NCBI GenBank assembly: GCA_964654465.1 | Contig: CAZZIO010000032.1 | Span: 32,001-96,000, forward strand | DNA: 64,000 bases | Source of the DNA: an uncultured Dictyoglomota bacterium | Lineage (GTDB): Bacteria > Dictyoglomota > Dictyoglomia > Dictyoglomales > Dictyoglomaceae | Direction of reading: 5' to 3' | Part shown: positions 29,196 through 40,421 of the stretch, piece after piece | How positions within the stretch are numbered: position 1 is the stretch's first letter | Layout of the letters: the number at the start of each line of letters is the position of its first letter | Translations under genes and position numbers: made by a program | Notes under the pieces: generated by a model | What the model was told of the DNA's origin: nothing | Database searches by the model: none | The model's input: only the letters and a program-made list of their open reading frames with translations

Positions 29196-30014
29196 ATGAA
29201 ACTTGGTATTATTGGTGGAGGAATGATGGGAGAAGCTATTCTCTCGGGTATACTTTCCTCTTCCTTTTTAAAAAAAGAAGATATATTAGTCTCAGAACCT
29301 CTTGAAGAGAGAAAAAAATGTTTAACAGAAAAATATGAAATAAGGGTGGTTTCAGATAATGTATATACGGTGAATAATTGTGAATATATTCTTTTAGCTA
29401 TAAAACCACAAAACTTCAAAGAGGTACTTCAAGAAATTTCTCCACATATAAAATCCCATCATGTAATAATATCAATAGCAGCTGGTATTCCTATTTCCTT
29501 AATATCTAAATATATAAAAGAAGCAAGAAGTATTATTAGAGTAATGCCTAATCTTCCCTGTACTGTTAATAAAGGAACAATAGCGATTACATATTCAGAA
29601 GCAAAAGAGGAAGATATTAAGTTTACTAAAAGTCTTTTTGAAACAACTGGAAAAGTATGGATTTTGCCTGAAAAATATTTTGATACAGTAACTGCTCTTA
29701 CGGGAAGTGGTCCAGCTTTTGTTGCTTTAATTTTACAAGGTTTTACATTATCAGGTGTAAAAGGTGGGATACCATATAATATATCAAAAGAGATAGTTAT
29801 TCAACTTTTCGAGGGAGTATTGGAGTATATTAAGAGTAAAAATCTAACCTTTGAAGATATAATTAGAATGACCTCATCACCTGCTGGCACAACCATCATG
29901 GGACTTGAAGTTCTATATAATGAAGGAATTATTGGAATAATTATGAATGCTATAACGTCATCCAAAAATAGAGGCTCTGAAATAACTAATGAGATTAAGG
30001 AGGGACTGCTATGA
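29196..30014 (+). CDS. proC: Pyrroline-5-carboxylate reductase
   Basis: IGGGMMG, AIKPQ, SIAAG, RVMPN, TALTGSGPA, SPAGTT. Confidence 0.95.
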   Translation: MKLGIIGGGMMGEAILSGILSSSFLKKEDILVSEPLEERKKCLTEKYEIRVVSDNVYTVNNCEYILLAIKPQNFKEVLQEISPHIKSHHVIISIAAGIPISLISKYIKEARSIIRVMPNLPCTVNKGTIAITYSEAKEEDIKFTKSLFETTGKVWILPEKYFDTVTALTGSGPAFVALILQGFTLSGVKGGIPYNISKEIVIQLFEGVLEYIKSKNLTFEDIIRMTSSPAGTTIMGLEVLYNEGIIGIIMNAITSSKNRGSEITNEIKEGLL

Positions 30015-31180
30015 GAAGAGAAAGAGGAATATGGCAGGTTATACTTATTATTTTCATCTTGGGAGCTATAATAGGTGGCTTAATTGGAACTGTTGGAGGT
30101 TACTATTTAGTTAGTAATAAAAATAAAACATCATCCACAGAAATATCCAATAATATTCTTCCCACTCAAGAGGTTTATGTACCAAGTGCATTAGGATCTT
30201 TTGAAAAAGATGTAGTAGCTATTGTTAAAAAGACAATGCCAGCAGTAGTAAACATAAGTACTATTACTTTAGTTGAAGACTTTTTCTTTGGAGTATATCC
30301 TCAGTCAGGAGTAGGTTCAGGCTTCGTCATAGATCCTAAGGGATACATTCTTACAAACTATCATGTGGTAGAAGGAGCAAGAAAAATAGAAGTTACACTA
30401 TCGGAAGGTAAAAAATATACAGGTAAGGTAATAGGATATGATAAAAGATCAGATTTAGCAGTAATCAAAATAGATGCTGAAAATCTTCCTTATCTGCCCT
30501 TAGGAGATTCTGATAAATTAGAACCAGGTCAATTTGCCATAGCTATAGGAAACCCTTATGGTCTTAATAGGACAGTCACCTTAGGAATAGTTAGTGCTCT
30601 TAACAGAACCATTATTGAACCTAATGGAGTAAGACTTGAAAATCTTATTCAAACAGATGCTGCTATTAACCCTGGAAATAGTGGTGGACCACTTATAAAT
30701 ATAAAGGGAGAAGTTATAGGTATAAATACTGCAATAAAAAGTGATGCCCAAGGAATTGGGTTTGCAATACCAATTAACAAAGCTAAACAAATTGCAAACA
30801 AATTAATTAAAGAAGGAAAAATTACTTACCCATGGATAGGTATAAGAGGATATGCTATTACTTCTGATATGTTGGATTATATTAAGTTCCCTGTAAATAA
30901 AGGAGTAGTTATAGCAGAAGTAGTACCTGGAAGTCCTGCTGATAAAGCTGGCTTAAAAGGAGGAAACAGAGTCATTTATGTTGATGGTACTCAAATAATT
31001 GTAGGTGGAGATATCATCACTAAAATTGACGGAAAAAGTGTAGATAGTATGGAAGAACTAAGGTCAGAAATACAAAAAAGAAAAGTAGGAGATGTGGTAG
31101 AAATAACATACATAAGAAATGGAAAGGAATATACTGTTAAAATTAAGTTAGAAGCAATGCCAGAAGACATATCCGGATAG
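30011..31180 (+). CDS. htrA: HtrA/DegP-family serine protease (TM anchor, one PDZ)
   Basis: [33 protein letters not shown]. Confidence 0.94.
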   Translation: MRRERGIWQVILIIFILGAIIGGLIGTVGGYYLVSNKNKTSSTEISNNILPTQEVYVPSALGSFEKDVVAIVKKTMPAVVNISTITLVEDFFFGVYPQSGVGSGFVIDPKGYILTNYHVVEGARKIEVTLSEGKKYTGKVIGYDKRSDLAVIKIDAENLPYLPLGDSDKLEPGQFAIAIGNPYGLNRTVTLGIVSALNRTIIEPNGVRLENLIQTDAAINPGNSGGPLINIKGEVIGINTAIKSDAQGIGFAIPINKAKQIANKLIKEGKITYPWIGIRGYAITSDMLDYIKFPVNKGVVIAEVVPGSPADKAGLKGGNRVIYVDGTQIIVGGDIITKIDGKSVDSMEELRSEIQKRKVGDVVEITYIRNGKEYTVKIKLEAMPEDISG

Positions 31181-31644
31181 TGAAAATTAAGATTTTATTA
31201 GTAGGAAAAATAAGAAATGAATTTATCAGGGTAGGAGTCCATGAATATAGAAAAAGGCTCCTACCCTTTTTTAATATAGACATCGAATATCTACAAAATT
31301 TCTCCAATTTACCTAAGGAAATTGCTTTATCAAAAGAAGGAGAAATTATAAAAAAAATAATTAAAGATAAAAAATATATTATATCCTTAGATAAAGAAGG
31401 CAAAGAATTATCCTCTGAAGAATTTGCTTATAAGCTTTTTGATTCAGACAAAATTTCTCAAAATAATGAAATAATCTTTATTATCGGAGGAATATACGGA
31501 ATACCAGAAGACATTAAAAAATCCAGTAATCTTATCTTATCACTTTCCAAAATGACCTTCACTCATGAATTTGCATTATTAATCCTATTAGAACAGATAT
31601 ACAGAGGAATAAAAATTTTAAAAAACGAACCTTATCATTATTAA
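31180..31644 (+). CDS. rlmH: 23S rRNA m3Psi1915 methyltransferase
   Basis: [30 protein letters not shown]. Confidence 0.94.
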   Translation: MKIKILLVGKIRNEFIRVGVHEYRKRLLPFFNIDIEYLQNFSNLPKEIALSKEGEIIKKIIKDKKYIISLDKEGKELSSEEFAYKLFDSDKISQNNEIIFIIGGIYGIPEDIKKSSNLILSLSKMTFTHEFALLILLEQIYRGIKILKNEPYHY

Positions 31645-31646
31645 GA

Positions 31647-32717
31647 TTATTTCCTCTTTGTAAGAAGATACATACCTAAGATTAAAAAGATTATATTTCC
31701 TAACCATGCTCCTAAAAAGTAAGAAATAATCCCTGCCTTGGCAAGAGATCTTCCTATAGAAAATAATATGTAATACACAAAAATAGAAATAACGCTTAAA
31801 CCAAAAGAAAGAGATCTACCACCTTTTCCCATCTGAAGGCCTAATCCAAGAGCTAAAATTGCAAAAATTGGACAAGTAAAAGGGAGAGCAATTCTTATAT
31901 GAAACTCTGTCTTTAGATTTCTTGTATTTAATCCAATTCCTTCAAAAAGTTTTATCTGATTTATAATCTCAAAAATACTCATTTCATCAATAGGCTTTGA
32001 TGAAGGTGTTAATTGTTCTGGATTTCTAGTCAGATTAACCTTTTGTTCCTTGAATTTTCCTTGAAAAATCATTTCCCCATTATCATTAAGTGCATATATC
32101 TCTCCATCTTGAAATCTCCAACCCACGTCTTCATTGAAATATGCCCTTTTAGCAGACATAATTAATTTTATCTTCCCATCTTCTAAAAATTGAATTAATA
32201 GTATATCCTCAAATTTTTTATTTTTAGGATCCACTTTTCTGAAAAAGTAGAAATTATGATTTTCATTGAAAAATACATCCTCACGTGCAGGAACTAATAC
32301 TGTATTATATACCTTGCTTAATAATATTTTTTCTCTTTCATAGGCCTTAGGAGAAAGGATCTCATTAAAATAAAACATAATAATCTGTACAGAAAAAGAC
32401 AAAATAAGTATAGCAGGCAAAAAATATCTTATAGAAGCTCCTGAAGCTTTCATTGCCATAATTTCTCCATGTTCACTAAATTGGCCTATAACAAAGATAA
32501 CTGCGAGAAATATAGCCATAGGAAAAGTATAAGTTAAGTATGGGGGAATCTTTGTCAGAAAAATCTGAAAAGCTAAATCTAAAGGTACCGAACGAGCTAT
32601 AACCAAATCCATAATACTAAAAAGGGGAGAAATAATTAGGATGGTAGAAAAAAGTAAAACTCCCACAATAAACACAGGTATAAAATTTTTGAGAAAATAT
32701 TGAGAAATTATTTTCAA
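31647..32717 (-). CDS. LptF/LptG family permease
   Basis: Three TM, periplasmic domain, three TM layout. GEIMAMKASGAS, RIALPF, AWLGN. Confidence 0.88.
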   Translation of the reverse strand: MKIISQYFLKNFIPVFIVGVLLFSTILIISPLFSIMDLVIARSVPLDLAFQIFLTKIPPYLTYTFPMAIFLAVIFVIGQFSEHGEIMAMKASGASIRYFLPAILILSFSVQIIMFYFNEILSPKAYEREKILLSKVYNTVLVPAREDVFFNENHNFYFFRKVDPKNKKFEDILLIQFLEDGKIKLIMSAKRAYFNEDVGWRFQDGEIYALNDNGEMIFQGKFKEQKVNLTRNPEQLTPSSKPIDEMSIFEIINQIKLFEGIGLNTRNLKTEFHIRIALPFTCPIFAILALGLGLQMGKGGRSLSFGLSVISIFVYYILFSIGRSLAKAGIISYFLGAWLGNIIFLILGMYLLTKRK

Positions 32718-32720
32718 AGC

Positions 32721-35051
32721 CTAAACGGGGCTTTCCAATATGGCAATTGTAGCCCCTTCTCCTCCCTCCGCTAGTGAGGCTAAATAAAATTCTTTTACAT
32801 AGGGTACACTTTTTAAATATTCGTGAACAGCATTTCTTAATTTACCCGTACCTTTCCCATGAATTATTCTTACTCTTCTTAATCCAGCTAAAAAGGCCTT
32901 TTCTAAATATTTTTTCAATTCTTCTAATGCCTCATTTACAGTCATCATTCTTATATTAAGCTCAGAAGGAACATTCTCTTTATTATCTCTTTGTATATAT
33001 ACATATTTATTAATAATATGTTCCTCCTTTGATATAACCTGCTCTAATTCATTCCAAGGAATGTTTATTTTTATAATTCCCACTTGTACTGTAACTATTT
33101 TTTTCTCTCTATCTATATCCAGTACTATACCTTCTTTTTTTGTATTTTTAATCCTTACTCTATCTCCTTCTTGAGGAATATATTCTATATTAACAAATTC
33201 CTCTTGAGAGATAAGCTCCTTTTTAATTAATCTTATATCTTCTTGAAGTTTCTGTGCCTCTTTCATACTAATATTCCCTTTCTGCAATTCCCTAATTATA
33301 TTTTTTACTTTATTCTCTACCTCCATTAATTCCTCCATTATCTCCTTTTTCTGTTTATCCTTTAACTCTTCCTTTTCTTTTTGTATACTCCTCTTCTCTT
33401 CTTCTATTTTTCTTTTCTCCTCCTGTAACTCTTTCCTAATCTTTTCTACTTTTTCTATTTCTTCTTGAAGCTTTCTTCTTCCCCTTTGTAATTCTCCTAT
33501 AACTTCTTCCAATTCTATTTCTTCTTCACTTAGAAAACCCATTGCTCTATCTAAAATTTTTCTTGGCAAACCAAGTTTTTTAGCAATTAAAAGTGCATTA
33601 CTCTTACCAGGTATTCCGATGTTTATTTTATATAAAGGTTTAAGAGTATTCTCATCAAATTCAAGAGAAGCATTCTCCATACCTTCATATTTGGAAGCCA
33701 AAATCTTAAGCTGAGGAAAGTGAGTTGCTATAACATTTATTGTATCTTTACTATGAAAGTACTCCAATAAAGCCACTGCTAATGCAGCGCCCTCTTGTGG
33801 ATCTGTACCTGCTCCAAGTTCATCCAGAATTACTAAAACTTTTCTATCTCCAGTTTTCTCCAAATAATCTATAAATGAAATTATGTTAGTCATATGGGAA
33901 GAAAAGGTACTAAGATTTTGCTCAATACTTTGTTCATCTCCTATATCTGGAAATACTTGATTGAATATTCCAAGAGCAGTGCCTTCTTTAGCAGGTACAG
34001 GAATTCCTGCTTGATTTAAAAGTACAAAAAGACCGATAGTTTTTAATGTTACAGTTTTTCCTCCAGTATTAGGACCTGTAATAACTAAGGTATTAAATTT
34101 TCTTCCTACTTCTAAACTTATAGGAACAGCCTTTTCTCCAAGAAACGGATGTCTGCCTTCCCTTATAATTATTACAGGATTCTCATCTATAATGGGTATT
34201 GTAGCATTATACCTTTGTGCCCATTTAATTTTCGCATATACAAAATCCAAATAGAAAGCAGTATTTAAGGTTTCTAAAACTTCCTCTTTATGTTCTAAGA
34301 ATTGTAAAGAAAGCTTTCTTAGTATCTTCTCTATCTCTTTTTTTTCTTCAACCTCTAATAAAGCTAACTGATTATTTAACTCAACGATAGAAAGAGGTTC
34401 CACATATACTGTGAGTCCAGAAGTAGATTGGTCATGTACAATTCCAGAAATTTTAGTCTTAAATTCTTGTTTTACAGGAACCACATATCTTCCATGTCTT
34501 ATAGTAACAATTTGATCTTGTAAATATATACGCCAATCTTTATTTATAATATTATTTAAAGTTTCTTTGATTTTTTGTTGGATTCTCTCCTTCTTTTGTC
34601 TTATGGACTTTAACTCAGGAGACGCTGTATCAAGTACTTCAGCATTTTGAATAGCTTTTCTTATCTGTGAATAAAGATCTGATAATACAAATATATTCCT
34701 TCCCCATAGATTTGGTGCTAAATTTTTAGCTTTATTCTGATAATCTTTCAATTTTTTAAAAGTCTCTAATGTATTAGCAATTTCCTCAAATTCTTCAGGA
34801 TATATTATTCCACCTATCTCTGCCTTCTCAATATAACTTCTTAAATCTTTTACTCCAGAAAAGGTAGGATAACCTAAAGAATAGACTGTTTTTAAAGCCT
34901 CTTCATTTAATAAATGCCATCTACTAATAATATCTATCTCTGTAATTGGCCTCAAGCTTAAAATTAGCTCTTTTCCACCTGTAGTTTCAGTCTCTTTTTC
35001 TATCTCTTTTATAATCTTTTCCCATTCTAATACTTTTAAGGCTTTTTCCAT
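32721..35051 (-). CDS. mutS2: MutS2 endonuclease / ribosome-collision sensor
   Basis: ITGPNTGGKT, DIGDEQSIEQNLSTFSSHM, DELGAGTDP, C-terminal Smr IIHGKGTG. Confidence 0.96.
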   Translation of the reverse strand: MEKALKVLEWEKIIKEIEKETETTGGKELILSLRPITEIDIISRWHLLNEEALKTVYSLGYPTFSGVKDLRSYIEKAEIGGIIYPEEFEEIANTLETFKKLKDYQNKAKNLAPNLWGRNIFVLSDLYSQIRKAIQNAEVLDTASPELKSIRQKKERIQQKIKETLNNIINKDWRIYLQDQIVTIRHGRYVVPVKQEFKTKISGIVHDQSTSGLTVYVEPLSIVELNNQLALLEVEEKKEIEKILRKLSLQFLEHKEEVLETLNTAFYLDFVYAKIKWAQRYNATIPIIDENPVIIIREGRHPFLGEKAVPISLEVGRKFNTLVITGPNTGGKTVTLKTIGLFVLLNQAGIPVPAKEGTALGIFNQVFPDIGDEQSIEQNLSTFSSHMTNIISFIDYLEKTGDRKVLVILDELGAGTDPQEGAALAVALLEYFHSKDTINVIATHFPQLKILASKYEGMENASLEFDENTLKPLYKINIGIPGKSNALLIAKKLGLPRKILDRAMGFLSEEEIELEEVIGELQRGRRKLQEEIEKVEKIRKELQEEKRKIEEEKRSIQKEKEELKDKQKKEIMEELMEVENKVKNIIRELQKGNISMKEAQKLQEDIRLIKKELISQEEFVNIEYIPQEGDRVRIKNTKKEGIVLDIDREKKIVTVQVGIIKINIPWNELEQVISKEEHIINKYVYIQRDNKENVPSELNIRMMTVNEALEELKKYLEKAFLAGLRRVRIIHGKGTGKLRNAVHEYLKSVPYVKEFYLASLAEGGEGATIAILESPV

Positions 35052-37448
35052 TTATTTCTGTCTTAAATACACTCCTATTTCTGAAAGATTTAACAGTATA
35101 TTTTTGATAATATCATCTACTTCATTATCAGTAAGGGTATAATCTTCCGAAACAAAAAACATAGAGAAAGTAACACTTTTGTATCCTTCTTCTATCTTCT
35201 CCCCTTTATATACATCAATAACATTTAAATTCTTTAATAAATTTCCAGAAACTTTTCTTATAACATTTTCTACGTTTACTACTTGCATATCTTCTGGAAT
35301 AAGAAGAGCAAGATCTCGCTTAATACCAGGATATATTGGTATAGGTTTATATTTTGTCTTTTCTTTTACAAAATTAAGTTTATCTAAATTTATCTCAGAA
35401 AAATACACTCTCTCCCTTAAACTCATTTCTTGAGTAATCCATGGATTTACTTCACCCAGATATCCTATTATTTCTCCATTTAAAGATATTTGGCTTTGTC
35501 TTAAAGGATGTAGAAAAGAATAAGTACTATTTAGAAAATCAGGGTTAATACCCCATATCTTTTCAAAAAGAAGTTCTATTATTCCTTTTAAGTCATAAAA
35601 ATCTACTTTTCTAATCTCATATGGTATATTCCATGTATTTGTATACCATCCCCCAGAAAGCAAAATTGCCAAATGTTTTTCCTCAATATAACCGCTAGTG
35701 TTTTTGTAAAATACTTTTCCAATTTCAAATAGAAATACATCTTTATTTTGTCTATTATTATTGATTTGAGCAACCTTCAGAAGAGATGGAAGAAGGGAAG
35801 TTCTTAATACAGAGTTTTCCAAACTTAATGGATTTTGTATATTTATATAATTATTGAATGGAGAGATGTCTAATACACCTGAGTTTTTAAGATCTTCGTA
35901 GGACATAAAACTAAAATTGATGGTCTCATAAAGTCCTATATCAGATAGAAGTTCTCTTATTTTTCTTTCAACAATCTCTTCTACCAAAGGTGGATCTACA
36001 ACCATTCCTTTCTGGAGTGGTAAAGATGCTATGCTATTGTATCCATGAAAACGTGCAACCTCTTCAATTAAATCTATTTCCTCCTTAATATCTTGTCTAT
36101 GAGATGGAATTTCTATCTCTAATATTGGATTATGAGATATAACTTTAAATTCTATTTTTGATAATATTTCTATAATTTCATTTTCTTTTAATTCTGTACC
36201 AAGAATCTTATTTACTCTTTGAGGTCTTAAAAATATTTTTGGTAAAGGAGGCAATCCTTGATTCAGATCTATTTTATCTTTTGATATCTCACCTTCAGCA
36301 ACCAATCTTACCATCTCAGCAGCATAATCTAATATCTCTGCAGTCCTATAAATATCTACACCTCTTTCAAAACGCAAGGAAGCATCAGTTCTTAAACCTA
36401 ATTTTCTTGCACTTCTTCTAATATTAACAGGCATAAAATTGGCTGCTTCAAGAAGTACATTTTCAGTGTTTTCATTTATTTCTGTTTCTTTTCCTCCCAT
36501 AATACCACCAATACCTACAGCCCTTTCCGCATCGGCTATAACTAATACATTTTCATCCAATTCTTTTTCTTCCCCATTTATTAATATAATCTTTTCTCCC
36601 TGTTTTGCTCTTCTGACAATTAATTTTCCTCCTTTAATAAGATCAAAATCATAAGCATGCAAAGGCTGGCCTGTTTCTAGCATTATATAATTAGTAACAT
36701 CAACTACATTGTTTATAGATCTAAGTCCAACTCTTTCTATTTTCCATCTTAACCATAAAGGAGAAGGACCTATTTTGACCCCCTTTATAAACTTTAAAGT
36801 AAAACGAGGGCAAAGTTCATAATCCCATACCTCACACTCTGCAAACTCTTTTATAGAATAAGTAGAATCTTTCGGTTTCTTATATTCAAAATTTAAAGGA
36901 ATACCAAAATACCCAGATACTTCTCTTGCAATTCCTATATAACTTAAACAATCTCCTCTATTTGATGGTACTTCTATTTCTATCAAATAGTCTCCATCCC
37001 CAAAATATTCACTAAATTTTGATCCAACCTTAAAATCTTGAGGTAGAATCATAATTCCTTCTTTATCATCAGAAAATTCTAATTCATATTCTGAGCAGAG
37101 CATTCCTTCAGAAATAATGCCTCCAAAATCTCTCTTTTCTAAAGTTGCACCTAATATTTGGGTATTGGGTAATGCTACAGGCACCTTATCACCAATATTG
37201 ATATTTTTTGCTCCTGTCACAATACTTAAATTTTTATCCCGTACATCCACATTACACACTAAAAGATGATCATATTTAGAATGTTTATTTATATCTTTTA
37301 TCTCTCCAATTAATATCTCATTCCAGTTTTTACCTATCTCTTTTTGAATAGTAGCATATAGACCAAGATTTCTTAATGCATTTACCAATTCTTTTACAGG
37401 AACATTCTCTTTTAGATAATCCATTAACCATCTATATGAGATCAGCAT
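35052..37448 (-). CDS. pheT: Phenylalanine--tRNA ligase beta subunit
   Basis: SEGMLCS, NRGDCLS, INNVVDVTNY, RFERG, DLIEEVAR, FDX-ACB C-terminus. Confidence 0.97.
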   Translation of the reverse strand: MLISYRWLMDYLKENVPVKELVNALRNLGLYATIQKEIGKNWNEILIGEIKDINKHSKYDHLLVCNVDVRDKNLSIVTGAKNINIGDKVPVALPNTQILGATLEKRDFGGIISEGMLCSEYELEFSDDKEGIMILPQDFKVGSKFSEYFGDGDYLIEIEVPSNRGDCLSYIGIAREVSGYFGIPLNFEYKKPKDSTYSIKEFAECEVWDYELCPRFTLKFIKGVKIGPSPLWLRWKIERVGLRSINNVVDVTNYIMLETGQPLHAYDFDLIKGGKLIVRRAKQGEKIILINGEEKELDENVLVIADAERAVGIGGIMGGKETEINENTENVLLEAANFMPVNIRRSARKLGLRTDASLRFERGVDIYRTAEILDYAAEMVRLVAEGEISKDKIDLNQGLPPLPKIFLRPQRVNKILGTELKENEIIEILSKIEFKVISHNPILEIEIPSHRQDIKEEIDLIEEVARFHGYNSIASLPLQKGMVVDPPLVEEIVERKIRELLSDIGLYETINFSFMSYEDLKNSGVLDISPFNNYINIQNPLSLENSVLRTSLLPSLLKVAQINNNRQNKDVFLFEIGKVFYKNTSGYIEEKHLAILLSGGWYTNTWNIPYEIRKVDFYDLKGIIELLFEKIWGINPDFLNSTYSFLHPLRQSQISLNGEIIGYLGEVNPWITQEMSLRERVYFSEINLDKLNFVKEKTKYKPIPIYPGIKRDLALLIPEDMQVVNVENVIRKVSGNLLKNLNVIDVYKGEKIEEGYKSVTFSMFFVSEDYTLTDNEVDDIIKNILLNLSEIGVYLRQK

Positions 37449-37460
37449 CTTATACCCCCT

Positions 37461-38480
37461 TTAAAATTGTTTTAAAAATCTTACATCATTTTCATAAAAC
37501 AACCTTATATCATCTATTCCATATATTTGCATGGCTATTCTATCTGGTCCCATACCAAAAGCAAATCCTGAGTATATTTCAGGATCAATATTTACCACTC
37601 TAAATACTTGAGGATGTACCATTCCACACCCGAGAATTTCTAATACACCAGAATATCCACAAGCCTTACATCCTTCACCCTTACATACTCCACACTCTAC
37701 ATACATTTCTGCACTTGGCTCTGTGAAGGGGAAATAACTTGGTATAAAGTATACTTTTCTATCTTTACCAAACAACCTATGAGCAAAAATAGTAAGAACA
37801 CCTTTTAATTCTGCAAAAGTTATGTCTGTATCAACAGCCAAACCCTCTATTTGATGAAACATGGGACTATGAGTGGCATCTGGCATATCTCTCCTATAAC
37901 ATTTACCAGGGGCAACAATCCTTAATGGAGGTTTTTTCTTTTCCATAACTCTAACTTGTACAGGTGAAGTTTGGGTTCTCAATAAATGTTCTTTATCAAT
38001 ATAAAAAGAGTCATGGGATTCTCTTACTGGATGATCTTCTGGTATATTTAATGCAGTAAAATTATAATAATCTGTCTCTAATTCCGGTCCATAAACCACT
38101 TGAAATCCCATCTCTTTAAAAACAGATAAAATCTCTTCTATAACTTGATTTATGGGGTGAATTTTTCCTACTATTTTTTTTCTTCCAGGAAGTGTAATAT
38201 CAATCTTCTCTTGATGCAACTTATTTTGCAATGTTTTGTATTTTAATTCTTTTTCCTTTTCTTCATACAATTTTTCTAAAACCTCTTTCCATTCATTAAC
38301 GAGTCTACCAAGCTTTATTCTTTCTTCCTGAGGTAGTTTACCTAATGATCTTAATAGCTGAGTAAGAAAACCTTGCTTCCCTAATACTTCTCTCTTTATT
38401 TCCTCAAGCTCATTTGAATTTTCTGCTCTAATGATTCTTTCCTTTGCCTCTTCAAACTTCTTAATATAATCTTCATTCAT
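37461..38480 (-). CDS. pheS: Phenylalanine--tRNA ligase alpha subunit
   Basis: LLRTQTSPVQ, HSPMFHQIEG, YFPFTEPS, GFAFGMG. Confidence 0.97.
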   Translation of the reverse strand: MNEDYIKKFEEAKERIIRAENSNELEEIKREVLGKQGFLTQLLRSLGKLPQEERIKLGRLVNEWKEVLEKLYEEKEKELKYKTLQNKLHQEKIDITLPGRKKIVGKIHPINQVIEEILSVFKEMGFQVVYGPELETDYYNFTALNIPEDHPVRESHDSFYIDKEHLLRTQTSPVQVRVMEKKKPPLRIVAPGKCYRRDMPDATHSPMFHQIEGLAVDTDITFAELKGVLTIFAHRLFGKDRKVYFIPSYFPFTEPSAEMYVECGVCKGEGCKACGYSGVLEILGCGMVHPQVFRVVNIDPEIYSGFAFGMGPDRIAMQIYGIDDIRLFYENDVRFLKQF

Positions 38481-39279
38481 TTATAATTCCCCCTTCATAT
38501 CTTTGTCTTTGAGCTTCAAAAAGAAAAATAGAAGTGGCAATTGAAACATTAAGAGAATCTACTTCTTTTTTTAGAGGAATTCTTAGTAAAATAGGATTCA
38601 TATCTAAATATTCCTCTTTTTTAACACCCCATGCCTCATTTCCTACAATCAGTAAAAAAGAACCTACAAGATTTTCTCTAAAATAAATTTTTTCTGCCTT
38701 AGGATCTGCAATTATCACTTTCCATCCTTTAAATTTTTCCTTAATCTCATCTTTATTTGCAAACCATATGGGTAATCTAAATATGGAACCTGTAGAGGCT
38801 CTAATCACCTTATAATTATAAGGATCTACTGTATTTTTACTAAGAATCACAGCTGTAACTCCTGCTCCTTCTGAGACCCTTATAATAGTTCCAAGATTCC
38901 CAGGATCTTGCACATTATCCACAAAAAGAACCGTTATATTATTTTTATCTTTTAAAATCTCCCATTTTTCACTAAAAAATAAAGGAAACACCCCCATAAT
39001 TCCTGGGGGTGTTTCTAGAAGCGATATTTTCTTCATTAATGAATCATCTACAATCCTAATTATACTAAAGGAAACTAATTTTTCTATTTCATCCCTTTTT
39101 TCTTCCCAATAACTTTTTGAGACAAAAACTTTCTCAATTAAAACTCCACTTTTTATCGCATCTAAAATCAATCTCCAGCCCTCAACTATGCATTTATTTA
39201 GCTTTCTGCGTTTCTCCTTATCATGAAGCTTTAAAATTTCTTTGACCTCTGGATTAGAGATGCTGGAGATATATTTCAT
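38473..39279 (-). CDS. TrmH/SpoU family RNA methyltransferase
   Basis: QDPGNLGTIIR, GNEAWG, SLNVS. Confidence 0.92.
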   Translation of the reverse strand: MKYISSISNPEVKEILKLHDKEKRRKLNKCIVEGWRLILDAIKSGVLIEKVFVSKSYWEEKRDEIEKLVSFSIIRIVDDSLMKKISLLETPPGIMGVFPLFFSEKWEILKDKNNITVLFVDNVQDPGNLGTIIRVSEGAGVTAVILSKNTVDPYNYKVIRASTGSIFRLPIWFANKDEIKEKFKGWKVIIADPKAEKIYFRENLVGSFLLIVGNEAWGVKKEEYLDMNPILLRIPLKKEVDSLNVSIATSIFLFEAQRQRYEGGIINE

Positions 39280-39290
39280 CTCATATTTTA

Positions 39291-39632
39291 CTATTTTACC
39301 TGATTTACAATCTCCTCAAAAACTTTTGGTTCATTAACACAAAGATCTGCTAAAACTTTTCTATCTAATTTAATGTTTGCTTTTTTCAAAAGTCCCATAA
39401 ATTTACTATAAGAAAGGCCAAATTTTCTTACAGCTGCATTGATTCTAATAATCCAAAGTCTTCTAAAGTCTCTCTTTTTTCTTCTTCTATCTATATAAGC
39501 ATCATAAAGAGCTTTAATTACAGATTGGTTAGCTATCTTAAATATTCTGCTTCTTCTTCCTCTAAAACCCTTTGCAAGTTTTAAAACCTTTTTATGTCTT
39601 CTTCTTGTAATTGTACCACCTTTAACTCTCAT
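39291..39632 (-). CDS. rplT: 50S ribosomal protein L20
   Basis: RVKGG...[21 protein letters not shown]. Confidence 0.98.
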   Translation of the reverse strand: MRVKGGTITRRRHKKVLKLAKGFRGRRSRIFKIANQSVIKALYDAYIDRRRKKRDFRRLWIIRINAAVRKFGLSYSKFMGLLKKANIKLDRKVLADLCVNEPKVFEEIVNQVK

Positions 39633-39650
39633 TTCTTCATCTCCCCTATT

Positions 39651-39851
39651 TTATAGACTATATGGTAGATTTCTTTCTACCTTCCAACGATCAACACTTT
39701 TAATTTCTCCAGGAATATCTAATCTTCTCTTCCTGGAAGAACTCTTCTTACTTAAATTATGTCTTTTTCCAGCCTTCTTATGCAAGATTTTGCCAGTAGC
39801 AGTTACCTTAAACCTCTTAGCAGCTGAAGATCTTGTTTTCAGCTTACTCAT
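39651..39851 (-). CDS. rpmI: 50S ribosomal protein L35
   Basis: [19 protein letters not shown]. Confidence 0.97.
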   Translation of the reverse strand: MSKLKTRSSAAKRFKVTATGKILHKKAGKRHNLSKKSSSRKRRLDIPGEIKSVDRWKVERNLPYSL

Positions 39852-40401
39852 TTTTTACCTCCTCTAATACTACTTTTTTATTTGAAGATTTTTTTGTAGG
39901 CACAAGCATTGTAACCATAGTCATTCCAACTTGTTGTCCTTTCTTTTCTGCTGTGCCCAAATCTGCTATGTCTTGCAAAATTCTTTCTAAAAGTTTATCA
40001 CCCCACTCATTATAAATCAACTGTCTACCTTTAAAAAGTATTATCAGTCTTACCTTATATCCTTTTTCTAGAAATTCCCTTATTTTCTTTAGTTTAACCT
40101 GATAATCATGCTCTTCAATATTTGGTCTTATCTTGATCTCCTTTACTTCTGAAGCTATTTTTTGGCTCTTTTTAGCTTCTTTTTCCTTTCTTGTTAATTC
40201 ATACTTAAACTTACCATAATCCATTATTCTACAGACAGGAGGATTTGCATTAGGTGCAACTTCTACAAGATCTAAATGTCTTTCTCTCGCCAATTTAATA
40301 GCTTGATCAATAGGCATTATACCAAGTTGTTTACCATCTTCCCCTACTACTCTTACCTCCTTTGCTCTTATCTTCTCATTGATTCTATAATCTTTCTCTA
40401 T
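39844..40401 (-). CDS. infC: Translation initiation factor IF-3 (non-canonical ATA start)
   Basis: The frame extends 28 codons upstream of the track ATG through [23 protein letters not shown] to ATA at 40401, 7 nt after AAGGAGGTG. Confidence 0.93.
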   Translation of the reverse strand: MEKDYRINEKIRAKEVRVVGEDGKQLGIMPIDQAIKLARERHLDLVEVAPNANPPVCRIMDYGKFKYELTRKEKEAKKSQKIASEVKEIKIRPNIEEHDYQVKLKKIREFLEKGYKVRLIILFKGRQLIYNEWGDKLLERILQDIADLGTAEKKGQQVGMTMVTMLVPTKKSSNKKVVLEEVKNE

Positions 40402-40421
40402 TGAAATACACCTCCTTAAAA

